In this document: piece by piece, positions 12,306 to 25,055 of the stretch
How positions within the stretch are numbered: the first letter of the stretch is position 1
Layout: each line of letters begins with the position of its first letter
Source: Rotaria socialis
Taxonomy: Eukaryota
Assembly (NCBI GenBank): GCA_905331295.1
Contig: CAJNYD010000060.1
Span: 1 to 42,698 of the forward strand
DNA: 42,698 nucleotides
Direction: 5' to 3'
Program-made: the position numbers and the translations under genes
Notes under the pieces: generated by a model
Told to the model about the DNA's origin: nothing
The model's database searches: none
Seen by the model: only the letters and a program-made list of their open reading frames with translations

Positions 12306-14525
12306 ATGATAGCGCTTCCGTGCTTCTGTATTTTAGATTGTAACTGGAGGAAACTTGCACCGACAATTTTGTTTTTGACTAGACATTTCATGGCACAAGA
12401 AGCTCGTAATAGAAAAAGTCAAACAGTAAAGTTTCGGGATCACATTGTTGATATTCAAACCGTTATTATTAATGACATCGAGTGCCTGCGTCTAAGAGAC
12501 GTTCAAAGAATATTTCCAGCGGTGCAGATCCTGTCTATAGATAACGTACATCAGGCATTCCTTCACGACAAACATGGTAATGATCTCGAGCCGTTGCGTA
12601 TTGTTGCACGCGTTGACAAAGTTGTAGAAGCAGTAGAATCAATGAAACATTCCAGTAATGACACTGATGATAAACTGGATCGAATGGACGTTAAACTCGA
12701 TCATATCGTCGCCAATACGCAAGAGATACTACGCCAGATTGCTAATGTGATGAGGCAAATGTATGAATTGCATGAGTATACTACACCTCGTTATTTTTTC
12801 ATCTTACCAGCGAAACATAGCGACATCAAAGCGATTGATTTCGTACAAAATTGGTTTCAAACTCATTATAAACTCTATTTTCTATGTGAATGTTCACACG
12901 ATCCAAGACAAATGCATGTCGCTCCACATGATGGTTACTCAATTAAAAAGGGGAGAGATTTCGTCGTGAAATATGCACCGTATTTAAGAACAACTCTACA
13001 AATTGTTCAAGTTCTACTTTCAGCCGGAGGCCTTGTCATTCCACAACTAGGAAATGCGGCAAAAGTTATCAATAATGCGGTACCATCAAGATTCCAAGAG
13101 CCTAAGTACTACAAAGACATGCAGCAGCAATTAGAAATGGTTGATAATTTACTCAATAAAGTCGACAACCAAGGAAATCATGCAGGCGCTTCAGTGACTG
13201 ATAAACAGAAGTCAAAAGGAACACCATTGCAAGGTGCCGAACTACGAGAAATTCAAACGTATCTTGAACGTGTTGATGATAAGCGTAGCTTGGGAAATTT
13301 ATACAGAATAGTCACTGCTGACGGTCATGTTCGTTGGGTCTGTCGCGAACACTATGATGAGGCTAGTTACAACAATGAAATGAGTAAATACATTAATGAA
13401 TTTGAAGCCATGGGAGGTAAATTCAATAAAAAGACTAAAGAAGCATTTATAAATCAAGTGAATATTACTAAAGAAAATGTTGAAATGATGTGCAAAGCTC
13501 TTGGGAAAGGTTTTAATATTGTGAAGCTAATATGTCGAGAATGTTCAATCGACGAAGATCATCTCGAAAAACTGCTTGACATCATCATTAATCGTTCTTC
13601 AATTCGTTGTCTAAATATGGGTTCGGTTCGTGTACGAAACTTTTTTGGAATCACAAAGTATACTTGTCAAGAAATGGTCGCCGAGTTCAACAATCAGTCA
13701 TTGAAAGTTCGCTTCTCCAACACTTATTATGATGGTAATACGCTCATGTTCACTCGGTTTCTGCTTCAAAACAAGATACATAAAAACTTGGATTTATCTG
13801 CAGCTGACTTTCTTTGGCATGAGTCCGATCTTCGACAATGTATGGAATCTAATGCAGTTGCGACTCGACTTGTTCTGGAGTACACAAACAACGTCAGCAT
13901 TCTCAATGTTATATTTAATTTGAAAACAAATGCGTTACAACAACTGAAACTTACGCATTCGTTGTATGTGCCCTCAACTTTATCCTATTTCTGTGAAATG
14001 CTGAAAAAAACTAAAACACTTGTTGAGCTGGATCTAATGGATTATACTGGTTTTGACGACGAAGATTTTATTAATACTCTTTTGGAGATACTGAAAGGGC
14101 ACAAGTCAATCAAATATCTCAATATACACATTACAAATGTACAACCATCTAATCAAAAAGAAGTAGATTTGATAAAATCATTGCAAAATGATGAACTTAT
14201 TTCACGCCTTTGTATATCGTCGTCAGTTATCTCGTCTGAATTCACAGAAGCACTACTTCATGCTGGAGCAAAACATGATACATTCACATATTTAGAATTT
14301 TATAGTTGTCAAGTGGAAGACGATGATAAAGCAAAACTACAGTCGTTGTATGAAAATGGACGTTTGCATCAACTGAGTTTTTATGAAGAACCACGTTGGT
14401 ATGTGTTGTTAGATGAAACAAATGGATTGGTAAATAAAGGTAAGAGAAGTAGCATCTCCACCGGCAATGGTAGTTCCAATTTCGTGCAGCTAGTCACTTT
14501 ACTCTTAAGAGAGGATTTAGAATAG
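12306..14525 (+). CDS. Uncharacterised protein: N-terminal domain + coiled coil + Cys/His-motif domain + C-terminal RNI-like LRRs (Mortierella-type family-like)
   Basis: 739-codon uninterrupted ORF (likely start 12390, or a 5' exon 12252-12288; likely donor at 14440). Motifs YELHEYTTPRYFFILP, YKLYFLCEC..HVAPHDGY, LQGAELREIQTYL..SLGNLYRIVTADGHVRWVCREHY; LRR-like LxxLxL units (KNLDLS, LQQLKLT, LVELDLM, IKYLNIH, ISRLCIS, FTYLEFY, LHQLSF). Confidence 0.85.
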   Translation: MIALPCFCILDCNWRKLAPTILFLTRHFMAQEARNRKSQTVKFRDHIVDIQTVIINDIECLRLRDVQRIFPAVQILSIDNVHQAFLHDKHGNDLEPLRIVARVDKVVEAVESMKHSSNDTDDKLDRMDVKLDHIVANTQEILRQIANVMRQMYELHEYTTPRYFFILPAKHSDIKAIDFVQNWFQTHYKLYFLCECSHDPRQMHVAPHDGYSIKKGRDFVVKYAPYLRTTLQIVQVLLSAGGLVIPQLGNAAKVINNAVPSRFQEPKYYKDMQQQLEMVDNLLNKVDNQGNHAGASVTDKQKSKGTPLQGAELREIQTYLERVDDKRSLGNLYRIVTADGHVRWVCREHYDEASYNNEMSKYINEFEAMGGKFNKKTKEAFINQVNITKENVEMMCKALGKGFNIVKLICRECSIDEDHLEKLLDIIINRSSIRCLNMGSVRVRNFFGITKYTCQEMVAEFNNQSLKVRFSNTYYDGNTLMFTRFLLQNKIHKNLDLSAADFLWHESDLRQCMESNAVATRLVLEYTNNVSILNVIFNLKTNALQQLKLTHSLYVPSTLSYFCEMLKKTKTLVELDLMDYTGFDDEDFINTLLEILKGHKSIKYLNIHITNVQPSNQKEVDLIKSLQNDELISRLCISSSVISSEFTEALLHAGAKHDTFTYLEFYSCQVEDDDKAKLQSLYENGRLHQLSFYEEPRWYVLLDETNGLVNKGKRSSISTGNGSSNFVQLVTLLLREDLE

Positions 14526-14947
14526 AATTGAATATATTTTAACTGAGCCATAGTTTAAAAACGGGCTCCATATTTCTGAATGGAAACGAAGACCCGCCTT
14601 TACCAGATGGTCTATAATAAACGGTGGTGTTAGTATTTCGTAGAGCCCGCCGGATCCAAGAATTTTTGGACCCGAACCCGGACCCGCCCAATTAAAATTT
14701 TTATATCATTAGTCGAACCCGGTACATTAAAAATTTGTGGACCGATACTACTGGTGATACTATATTTTGAAACTACTATGATGAAATTATTCAATTTAAA
14801 GTAGCGTATCTCACCTTTAATCTTTGAATTTTAATTTAACGTCAAAACAAGCATACCTTAAACTTTAACTTTGTAAAAATTCCAAAGTTAAAGTATATTT
14901 TTCAGAAAAAAATTGCAATAAATCTTTCTTTTGTTAAAATTTGTTTT

Positions 14948-15568
14948 CATCGGCGGGCCAGGGTCATTTTTTTGGTGGGGCAAAATTTATTAAAATGTGT
15001 GAAACACCTAGAAGAAAATATAGGCTTAAATTTTCTTCATATACTTATATTACCATGCTGAGAACTTTTTATTGTGTTCGTCCTGTTCATTTAATATTTA
15101 TTATTTGCACCCTTAAAAAATGACAAAAGAAACAAAAACAACAATCGAAAGAAATATAAGTTACGTTGAATAAATCAACAACTGAACTGAACATATGTTC
15201 AAAAAATCTTAATATGGTATGCTTCAGTTGAATGTGAACATTATTTCGTTACCTTTTTCAAGTGAAAGATGTTTTCACGGAACCTGTTCTTTCTTATTTT
15301 GGAACCAATAAAAAAACATCATATCCGAAAAATGAATAAGAAACAAATGCTTTTGAAAACATAAGACTTTATTCAATCCTTCTTTTTTCAGTTAAAAGCC
15401 ACCCTGAAGAGTAAATACATTTCTAAATTTCATTAAAAAATCCCAAAAGAACAAATAAATAACCAATGCTTATGCCAACTCTAGAAAAAAATGAACAAAT
15501 CGCATCTATGAAGAAAAATCTTAGGTGGGGCAACTGCCCTACTTCGCCCCAATGGTGGCCCGCCGATG
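14948..15568. mobile_element. Non-autonomous hAT-type element (621 bp)
   Basis: 13-bp perfect TIR CATCGGCGGGCCA / TGGCCCGCCGATG; 8-bp TSD TTTGTTTT (14940-14947, 15569-15576); GGTGGGGCAA repeated near both ends. Confidence 0.9.
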
Positions 15569-18500
15569 TTTGTTTTTAATGAAGGAAAAAACTTCTAAAC
15601 AAAAAAAAAGTTTTCATGAAAAAATCTATTCGAACTGTAACTCTTTCGACCGCAAATTGAGGGTGTGGGTCTACTTTTTCTCGTCACCCATACTTTCTTA
15701 GTTCGACTTTTTAGAGATGCACTTTTTTTGATCTCTTCATCATCAACATGAAGTTTAGTGTGGTTCAATTTTTTCCACTGCTATTGTCATTGTTAAGACA
15801 TGATCAGACATACTATTTGTTACTGGTCAGTTGTTGTGATATAGAAATAATAAAGATTATTATCTAATTTTAAAAACGATAACTATCCGTAGATTGCGAA
15901 CGAACAAGGGAAATGCTCAAAAATGATTGACGTAATACATATATGATGAGAGAGAGAGAAAAATACTAAAACTACATTAAGAGGAACAGTCATTTAAAAA
16001 ACATTTTGAATTGGAGAAATGTAAAGAATTCAAAAAAAAAAGAATTGTTTATATTCGGTATTAATTACGTCATTTTTTTGACTGATAATATTATGGTCAA
16101 TCAAATATTTAAAGCTATGATTTTATTCAGATATATTAAGTTCATCTCATTATGTTTGTCAATCTCATAGCTAGTATATTCAGCAGTGATATAATTATGT
16201 AATTATAAATATCATTTAATGACAGTCGAACCATTCTACGTAGTAATGTTCGAATTACCATATATCAGAATAGGAACATCAAACGAAATAACATCGGAGA
16301 TTGATAGTTGTTTGGTCTCAAACACTATGAAGTAGTTTGTCGCCATATATTTTTATGATTATGTTGAAACTCGTGAAATTGTTGTAATCTAGATATTTGT
16401 TTTTGACATGATTTTTCATTTGAATTCATATAGGTAAACATTCAAGGAAGAACCTCTTTATTGATATTGAGATAACCCATAATCATGGTAAAGCGAACGG
16501 TCAGTTATGAAATATACTATAGCTATTTATTACAAGAGTTTCTCTTATATTACTTTTTGTACTTAAAAAGTAGAATATCGTCAGCACATTTTATACATAT
16601 AATACGAAATGGATTAATCATGACTTTATGCCAATTCTAGAATAGAATGATAATAAAAATACATTAAAAAATTATGGTAATTTGTAAAAATATTCTGGGC
16701 TTTCTTACGAAATAATGCTCTAAAATAATAGACTAGCTTTCTTATTAAGATAGAAAATAAATCAAACGAATAAGATACAATTAGATAGAATAATCAATGC
16801 TCTACCAAATCATAAAAGCACTTTTAAATAATTCTGATGTTTCTTAGAAATTGAACAACAATAAATAAATCCTCCTGGAGAAGTACGCCTTTCTTTAAAG
16901 ATAAGTGTGATCAAGCACAAATAACTTGAATATTATTATCATACAATTCTTTCTTCATATGATATATTCTCAATAATAGATTTTTTTTTCTATATGCCGA
17001 GATGTTTATAAAGCAGAAGAAAATATGCAAAAATCTTAATTACATATGTATCAGCAAAATAGTGTTGTCCAAAAACTTTTTTTAAAATTTTCATTCTTAG
17101 ATTGTTTTCAAAATTTCTATTCTTCTTTTTATTCCTCTTATTTGAGAAAGCTGTTAGTATAGTGCTTTATTGTAAGATAATAATGTGAAAATACTTAATT
17201 TCTTTTTCAGTGAATAAAATTATCCAGTTTTTCTATTGATAGAATGCGTTTTGTTTTTTGTTTTCAGTATTATATGTGATGTAAAGTATTTCTTAACACT
17301 GCATAAAACTCCAGCGATTGGATAAACAAAACTTCGTACGACATAAGTAGGTATTTAATGAAAATATCTTGATATATCTTTTCCACAGAACATTAATCTT
17401 GAGATTAGATTAGAAATATTAACATAGCGATGTGTGTTTCGACCACTTTCGAATTAAAATGATTGAATTGTAAGATTGTGTTTAATGATTTTCGATAATG
17501 TCATAAAATATACTTTAAACAATCTCTTTTTTTCTTTTTATAGTATCATATAAAACCCTTCTGGTCTTGAGTGGAGTAAAATTGAGCCATCCATTACTCC
17601 ATCGTACCTTCTAACTAATGAAACGGGCTGTTACTTACTAATGATCGGATCGGTTCGAAGTCTTTTAAACCGATTTATTCTACTGATTAGAGAAATAAAA
17701 CAAAAAAGAAACATAGATTCATTCAGTATTTGTATTAGAAACACTGCACCTATGTTAACAACAGTATGTTGCTAATAACAACAATATAAATATATGAATG
17801 TGTCGCAGGATAAATTTAAATTAAGGAAAACTTAGTGTTAATTTCAACTTTGACTGAATATTTTCTAGTAAAAATGAATGTTTTAATTTTTCCTATATAG
17901 GAGAATTTTAAATATTTCTGAAAATGTAATATTAACTTTATTCTTTTTATATTTCAAAAATGCAAAGAATTAAAGTACACATTTGAGCGTGGTTTCATTT
18001 TCGATGAATGACATTTAGTACCATACCTTATTCAGTGGCGGCGGAACCATTAGGCCGTGGTAGACTCGATAAAATATTTAAAAAATTCTATTATTGTTTA
18101 TTTTTCATATTTTCCCGACCAATGACATATTCTTAAATTATCACTTATATTTCAGTTACTTCTAACTTGTGTCCAATGATATATTTTTTGAATTTCAATA
18201 GCATGTAATAAGGTTGAAATTGAATTATTGCTTCTTAGTATACGGCAGCTGAATTTCGTTTTGAAAAATTCTATTTAAAATAATTTTTGAATTTTATCAC
18301 CGTCACAAAAACCAGGTAAATTTCAGAATTTAATCACAGTTTACTGGAAAAAATCTCGAGATAGTAGCTGTAATAGAACCTGCTATTGAATCGGTAACAT
18401 CATTGGTTTTTGCAGGTTTTTACTACATTGCTAAAATACTTGAAAAAATATTACCCCTTTCCTATCGCGATACCAGATGAACAAAATCGTGGTTTCTCTT

Positions 18501-18579
18501 TCTTTCACAATAAAATTCGAAGCCCACTAGTTTTAATAAAAGTTCATCTTTTATTAAAATTCTATTTAACAATTCAAAT

Positions 18580-19007
18580 CATAGACCGAAACGAACCAAA
18601 AAACATCCGACTCGACTCAAACAACGAATTTTCAAAAGCAGATGTTTTCAATAATAATAATAATTGACAATAACAGGTTTATTCAACAACAACAAGAATC
18701 ATAGATATCCGTGATCAATCAATTCGTTGTTGTGTGACTAATAGGTGAATAGAACTTGATGTATTGAATACAATGAAAGTCATTGTATGTCATTCATTAT
18801 TGTCTATTGCAAGTCGTCAATTCATCGCCTTTTATTTGTCGTACTTTTTGTTCGACTAATTCACTGCAATGAGTGAGATTTGTATAATTTTAATGTAACA
18901 ACTGATAATAACAGCCAATGCCGAGAAACAGTTGAAAGAAACAATGAAAACTTTTAAAAAGTCGAGTCTCTCAAATCAAACTCGACTCGACTCGGTTTCG
19001 GTCTACG
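18580..19007. mobile_element. Non-autonomous hAT-type element (428 bp)
   Basis: TIR CATAGACCGAAAC / GTTTCGGTCTACG (1 mismatch); 8-bp TSD ATTCAAAT (18572-18579, 19008-19015); subterminal GACTC repeats. Confidence 0.88.
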
Positions 19008-22000
19008 ATTCAAATGATACTAAAAGTGACTCAGAATTATGAGCAGGAATGGCATAGTTAAAACCAATAAAAAAGACTTCGCTATCATATTGATCAAGCA
19101 TCTGTATCGATTTTATTTTAAAAAATTAAGATAGGAAATTTTTAGCTCTGGAATAGCTCTATTTCTTGTTAGATTATTTTTTCCCGTGCTTTTTTCGATG
19201 ACTCTTTTCAACTACTTGGTTAGTTTCTATGGTCTCGGATACAATCATGCAGGCAGTTATCCCGTTTATAAAAAATCAAAATCTAGAAAGAAAATCAACA
19301 AACATACTTTTCAATTCATTCACATTCATAAATAAAAAATTGAGGCTGGAATCATATTGACATGAATTAAGTAATTTTTTATAGTAAATTTTGATCTGTC
19401 ACAAAGAAAAAGAAATTAGAATATTCAGATCATAATCAATTTGAATCGTGTATTTCTAGATGCATAGTCATTATCAGAGAGCGAATCGAACCGGCTTTTT
19501 CTGATTTGAGTTCTGTTCCGTTTGATTGTATTAACATTGCAGTATATATATTCGATAATTATCAAATTTATTCTTTAATTTTTTATTCACATACGAACAC
19601 ACACAGACCGTATCGTCTCATTTATGAACATAAAATCGAAAATTAAAAAGTTTTAATTAAATTAAAATATTTTTCTTAGTTTGAAACTTCAATTCCAAAA
19701 ACATTTCAAGCTTCAAATTTTCGTTTTCGAAAAATTAAACACTAATTGAGAACAATTTTAATAAAATTGATATCTTCAGTTTCGCTAGTAACTATCTGCA
19801 ATTTGTAGAGTTCGCTAAATATTGAATTTCATCATTTGTATTCAATAAGCTGTAATATATAGAGTGCGCTAAACTATTGTGTTCGTTTTTCGTTAACTAA
19901 AATTTTATTTATGAGATTCATACAGAAAAATGCTGCTATCAATATCATGATCTATTTACACTTTCATTCGAATATTTTTTATATCAATCGTATTTTTTTT
20001 TCATTTTTGACGATCTTGGCTCGTTTATTATTATGACTAAAAATTCGTCAAGAAAGAAGCAATAGAAATAGAACTAGATAATACTCATCTTACCTTTGAC
20101 GCAACTTACTTTATTTCTACCCATTTTTTTGTTCTTGCTCGTCTTTGTAATACTATATATTCATTATCAATGAGAGAATTAGATTATTATTGATCTTCCT
20201 ATCCGCATATTTCTAGAAATCAACTGAACTATATCTTGATAATAAATATTCTTCATTAACAAGCTATATATTCTACGTATTCAATCAAATCTTTTAGAGC
20301 AATGAACTCTATATTAAAAAAAACATGTCATTAAGAAAACGAATTAATCTTCTTTACAAGAACTCTCTCTTCAGAACTTCTACAAATTTCACCAAATTTT
20401 TCGAAACTGAAAAGCTTTCTATTGTCAAAAACTTATGTCCTCTACAAATCGCAGTAAACTTAGTTAAGTCAAAATAACTTTTCGAAATCTTTAATTGGAA
20501 TAATTTTGATACTATAATCAACGAGAAGTCATATCCGTAATCTGAAACGTCTCCGTTAATTATGAGAAATAGTATTTGTTTTTTCAAACCTTATGATCTA
20601 CTTTATTGTTATTTATCGATTTGTGAAAAACGTTTATAATGATTCTCGAATGAGCGATTTATTTTAGTAGAAAAAAATTACATAAGGATCTTGGATACGG
20701 CTGAACTGTTTATAACAGCTTCATTAAAATGATTTTTGAGCAGAGCAGTTGAAAAACACCAAAACAATTGAAAAGAAGCGGTATATAAAATGCCCTCGCT
20801 GTTTGTCATTTTTTCTCGAAGATCCTATATTTTAAAATAGAAACAATCGGAGGCCAGGTAATTCTACGTATTTAAAAAGCAAAGTATATATGATCCAACA
20901 GATAGATAAATGTGTCCTTAATGCAATCTAAAATTTAAATTAGTTAGAGTTTAAATACAAATTTAGATATGTAAAATTTTTGCTTAAATTATATTCTAAT
21001 AAAAGAAAAGAATGTTTTTATTATTCATAAGCTCTATTTATATCGATATTATTTTCATAAACATAAAATTGTCACTAAATGAAGCACATATATTATGTTG
21101 TTATTACAAATTTTGCATCAAATATTTTCATCTTAATTATTCGAACATATAAATCAATCGACTGTATAAGATTATTTTTTGTAATTGCTGTGAAAATTAT
21201 TTGAGGGAACAAGATCCGCTTATTTCATGCGAATAGGTTTGATTTCGAAAACTGTTTAATATAGAAAGTAAATAGATCTTTTGACATGAAGTACACATTA
21301 ATAATACTTCAGTGACGTTTTAGTCTTTAGTTTTATGGTAAGCATAGAACGAGAGAAAAATATAGAAACTGATTGTTCGAGTTTTATTAAAATGTTCCTT
21401 AGTTTTTATTTCTACTTCTACACGTAGAAATGACTCATCTACTAGAAGATCTGATCTTCTGTTAAACATTATTGCTATTGTGTAATATTATTTGATTCTA
21501 ATTTTGAATATGAGTGATAGATGTCGTGTTACTCACATTATGGAACTAGAAATAATATTCATATCATAATCAGTATGAGGAAATGGTGCGCATTATTGGA
21601 AGTGTTTTCTGTGTTCTAATAAAATCATTATATATAAACATATTATTAACTTTATCATTATAGGTATGGTCTAGAAATTTAACTGTGTGATTTTAGCCTC
21701 TGTCGTTAATGTTTTTTTCTAATGATTTTACGATTGATTCGAGAATACTGATAATTACGATTTGATTAACGATCGAACTTTGACAATATTTCAAAACATG
21801 TGAGAATAGAACAAGTTTAAATATTTATGAAAGACTCAACATAAAATTAGAATGATTCTCTAAAAATAAATATAAGCATAACACTCTGTAAACGATTTGT
21901 TCTATTTGATGTTATTTTTTCCTGGTAAATAAACCTATGACGATCAAAAGTTATTCACATACTATGATAGAAAAATGTTTGCTTGTTTTCGTGTGATACC

Positions 22001-24593
22001 TCGATTGTTACATCTGGAAAACTTCGTAATTTTCTCTTGAGTCAATGGTATGTTTTAATATCTACTGGAGAATTTTAATTAGAAATATTATCTCTACAGT
22101 ATAGAGATATACAACTATGTGAGAAAATCGAACTTTTCATAGCAAACAGAAATAATACTGTTGACTTTGGGCTGCTATTGAACTCACGTGATATTAAAAA
22201 AGCAATATCAACACACTCAATGGCAAATTTCTAGATATTGAAATAATTTTCACGACATTCCGTGAATGGAATATTTTGCGATACTATTTTCAATAGAGCA
22301 CTTTGCTAAAACCCAATTAGACACGGCTAGTAGAGTACTTTACCAGGCATATTCTACTGAATACTACCTTACGGTACGAACAATCGTGTAAGCTGTTACT
22401 TTTTCAAAAAATACAATTATTATAGAATATGATTGTTTCATTTGACAAACTTACCATACGTTCATAGAAATTCGTTTTGTTTTATTGTTCTTTTAATACT
22501 CACTCTATTGATAGTTAAGTGTATTATCATTTACAGAACAGTGAGGCTATTGGGTTTGATCAGAATTTTACACAACTAAAAAGCTTCTACGAAAATTAAG
22601 GAGTAGCCATATAAAAATAAAAATAAAACGACACTTCTATATTTATTAACAATTCTTTTTTTTAAATATTAGTTCTTTTCTTCGCCGAATCGGAAATACA
22701 TAAGTGATAAACCGGTTTTGATAGGTTGCATGTCGACTGGTCTTTTATTATAAGCCTCCATTTAAAACAGAAAGTCATTTGTAGGTAAATATGAAAGTTT
22801 TAACATCACTGAAAGATAAGTGTTTGACTATGTTATGATTGTCGTGTAAGTGTTTGAAAAGAAATCCACTTCGAACACGTAAATACATCTATCAAGGTTC
22901 TTTATGACAGAGTACCAGTGGAATTAGATAGCTGTGTCTCGTAAAAATGTTGTATACGCTAGATGAATTACAATGGCATGGCATTTATTACTCTAAGAAT
23001 GTGTATTAATTCTGATAAGAAAAATAGATCAATACTATGTTGACAGTCATGTCAGCATTATAAAATCAAAATCTGATAAATTTTACAATCCTCCTTTGTG
23101 TATAATCAATTGAATAACATTTGGTATAGCATGGTAACACAACAGATTCTCTTTGTTTCGTTGCTGAGTTTTGACATCGAATATTAAACATCATACATAA
23201 ATTTACTTTTTGTGCATCAACAATCAAAGCCGTTTTTGAAAGAACATATGACATCTCTTTTAAATTGCTGTTGTAAAATAGCAGATGAAGATGTTTGAGC
23301 ACGAAGTTTTTACTGGTACTTTTAAGTAAATTAGTTTGCCGATCAGTAAAACAAAATTGATACATTAATAATAACATCACGAAAAAGTCGATCAAATCGA
23401 TTGATACACGCGTTCAAAATGATAAATAAATATTTCAAAACAAAAAATTTAATTTATACACAATACTTCGTCGGTCAATTTCAATTGAACAATTCTATAT
23501 CAATTGTTTGACTTTTTCTTGAACTAGTAGCATTATTATTTGCTGCCGCTGATGATGTGATGCTTTTGTTATAGGACGAAGACGAAGAACATAGAGGAAA
23601 GTAAATTTGATAGTGGACGTCATTGATTGAAGAATTGTACCGTACACTCTTCAATATCAACGATAGCTCAACACTAAAATTGATGAAAAAATAGTTTGCT
23701 AAAAAATTTTCTAATCTATCATAATTTTCCACAAGAAAAAAAGTGAGAAAAGAAATTATTTGAATTAAATTTTCATTCGTAAATGTTTCATTACTCATAT
23801 CAAAATTTGATTCCAAAAGAAGTCATAAATATTTTGTATACATGTAAAATATTATCAACAAAACTAAATATAAAAGAAAATAAATCATTTTACTTCTTAA
23901 TCAGAATAGCTTCAGAATAAATTAAATTTATCCACGTTGTAATTTTCTCTCCTGACATCGATGCTACAATTTTAAGAAATAACAACTCTGAATCTCACAC
24001 CCGATATTAATTCTGTACTTAGATCACAATTGAATTCTAATGAAATGGAAAAACTGAGGTAAATACTATTCTCACTCTACTAGATGAAGATAAATAAAAA
24101 TTTAGCAATAAACCATATTTTGTCTTCATCAACAATAATCGTCAGTAATTAGAAAAACATCTTCTGAGAATCACTGAAATATTCCGATGATAGAAATCGA
24201 AATAATTTTTTCAATAAATTTCTAAAAAAAATCGAAATTTGAAATATATTTCATAATAAAATTGTATTTGTATTTTTTTTCTTATATCTGAATTTGAATT
24301 ATAATTTGGACACAGAGAAGATGGATCATTGATTTTCATTTAAGAGACCAAGTAAATGCTATTATCAATAGATTATAATAATAAAAACAGTCGATAAAAA
24401 AATCACAGTGGCTAATAGTAACTCACGGATCATCTCGTGACAGAAGAAAATAATGCAAAATAAATTTTATTCTTCTAAATCTGTAAGAACAGTTCGATCT
24501 CATTTTGTGTTAAATGAATCAATGGGAATAATGTAAGAAATTGACGCAAACCTTCTGACTTATGTCTACGAAATGTTAAGTCTAGTTGATGTT

Positions 24594-24947
24594 TGTAACG
24601 ATTTCTGATAGAAGAGAGATTGTCGTATTTGGTGTTGAGTGTATATTTTATTTCAATATAAAAAAAAATCGCTCCTGTCTGTATTTCTCTTGTTCCTTAT
24701 ATAGTATTTATTAGCATATAATGATCTTGAGAAATACCGTAGACACAATAACATAAAAAGAAGAGAGTGCCTAAGATAAGGGGTACCTATTGGTACTAAT
24801 CCAGAGCCAAGGACAAAAATCCATAGTACTCCTGGTAGTATAAAATAGAAAGAGGAATAGATAAGAGTACGACTTAGAAACTAATAAGACGTTGGCCTTG
24901 AGGTTTATTCCATTCGAAGGATTGTACTTCTAGCTTAGATTGTTACA
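24594..24947 (-). repeat. 3' LTR (354 bp)
   Basis: TGTAACG...TGTTACA termini; minus-strand TATA-like CTATATAAGG (~24704-24696) and AATAAA (24652-24647); short purine run GGGGA immediately upstream on minus. Confidence 0.85.
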
Positions 24948-25055
24948 TCCCCGGGTGAAATTTAGACGCTCTCCTGAGCGTCTTTGGGAGAAGAGGGGAA
25001 CTAACACTAAACGTAAGGGGCTCGCATAGAGAGAATGAGTTAAGTAATTATAGCG

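Noticed and set aside
14641..14750. GC-rich GACCCG-repeat patch
   Set aside because: Looks like a decayed MITE end but no matching TIR or TSD could be established.
18033..18066. hAT-like terminus CAGTGGCGGCGGAACC
   Set aside because: No partner terminus or TSD found; extent undefined.
20354..20587. 77-aa ORF ending near a possible donor site
   Set aside because: No recognisable motif; neighbouring frames are full of stops.
23066..23816. Possible degraded F-box/LRR-type gene (RLENFLANYFF..RYNSSINDVHYQIYF)
   Set aside because: Resemblance too weak to support without a search.
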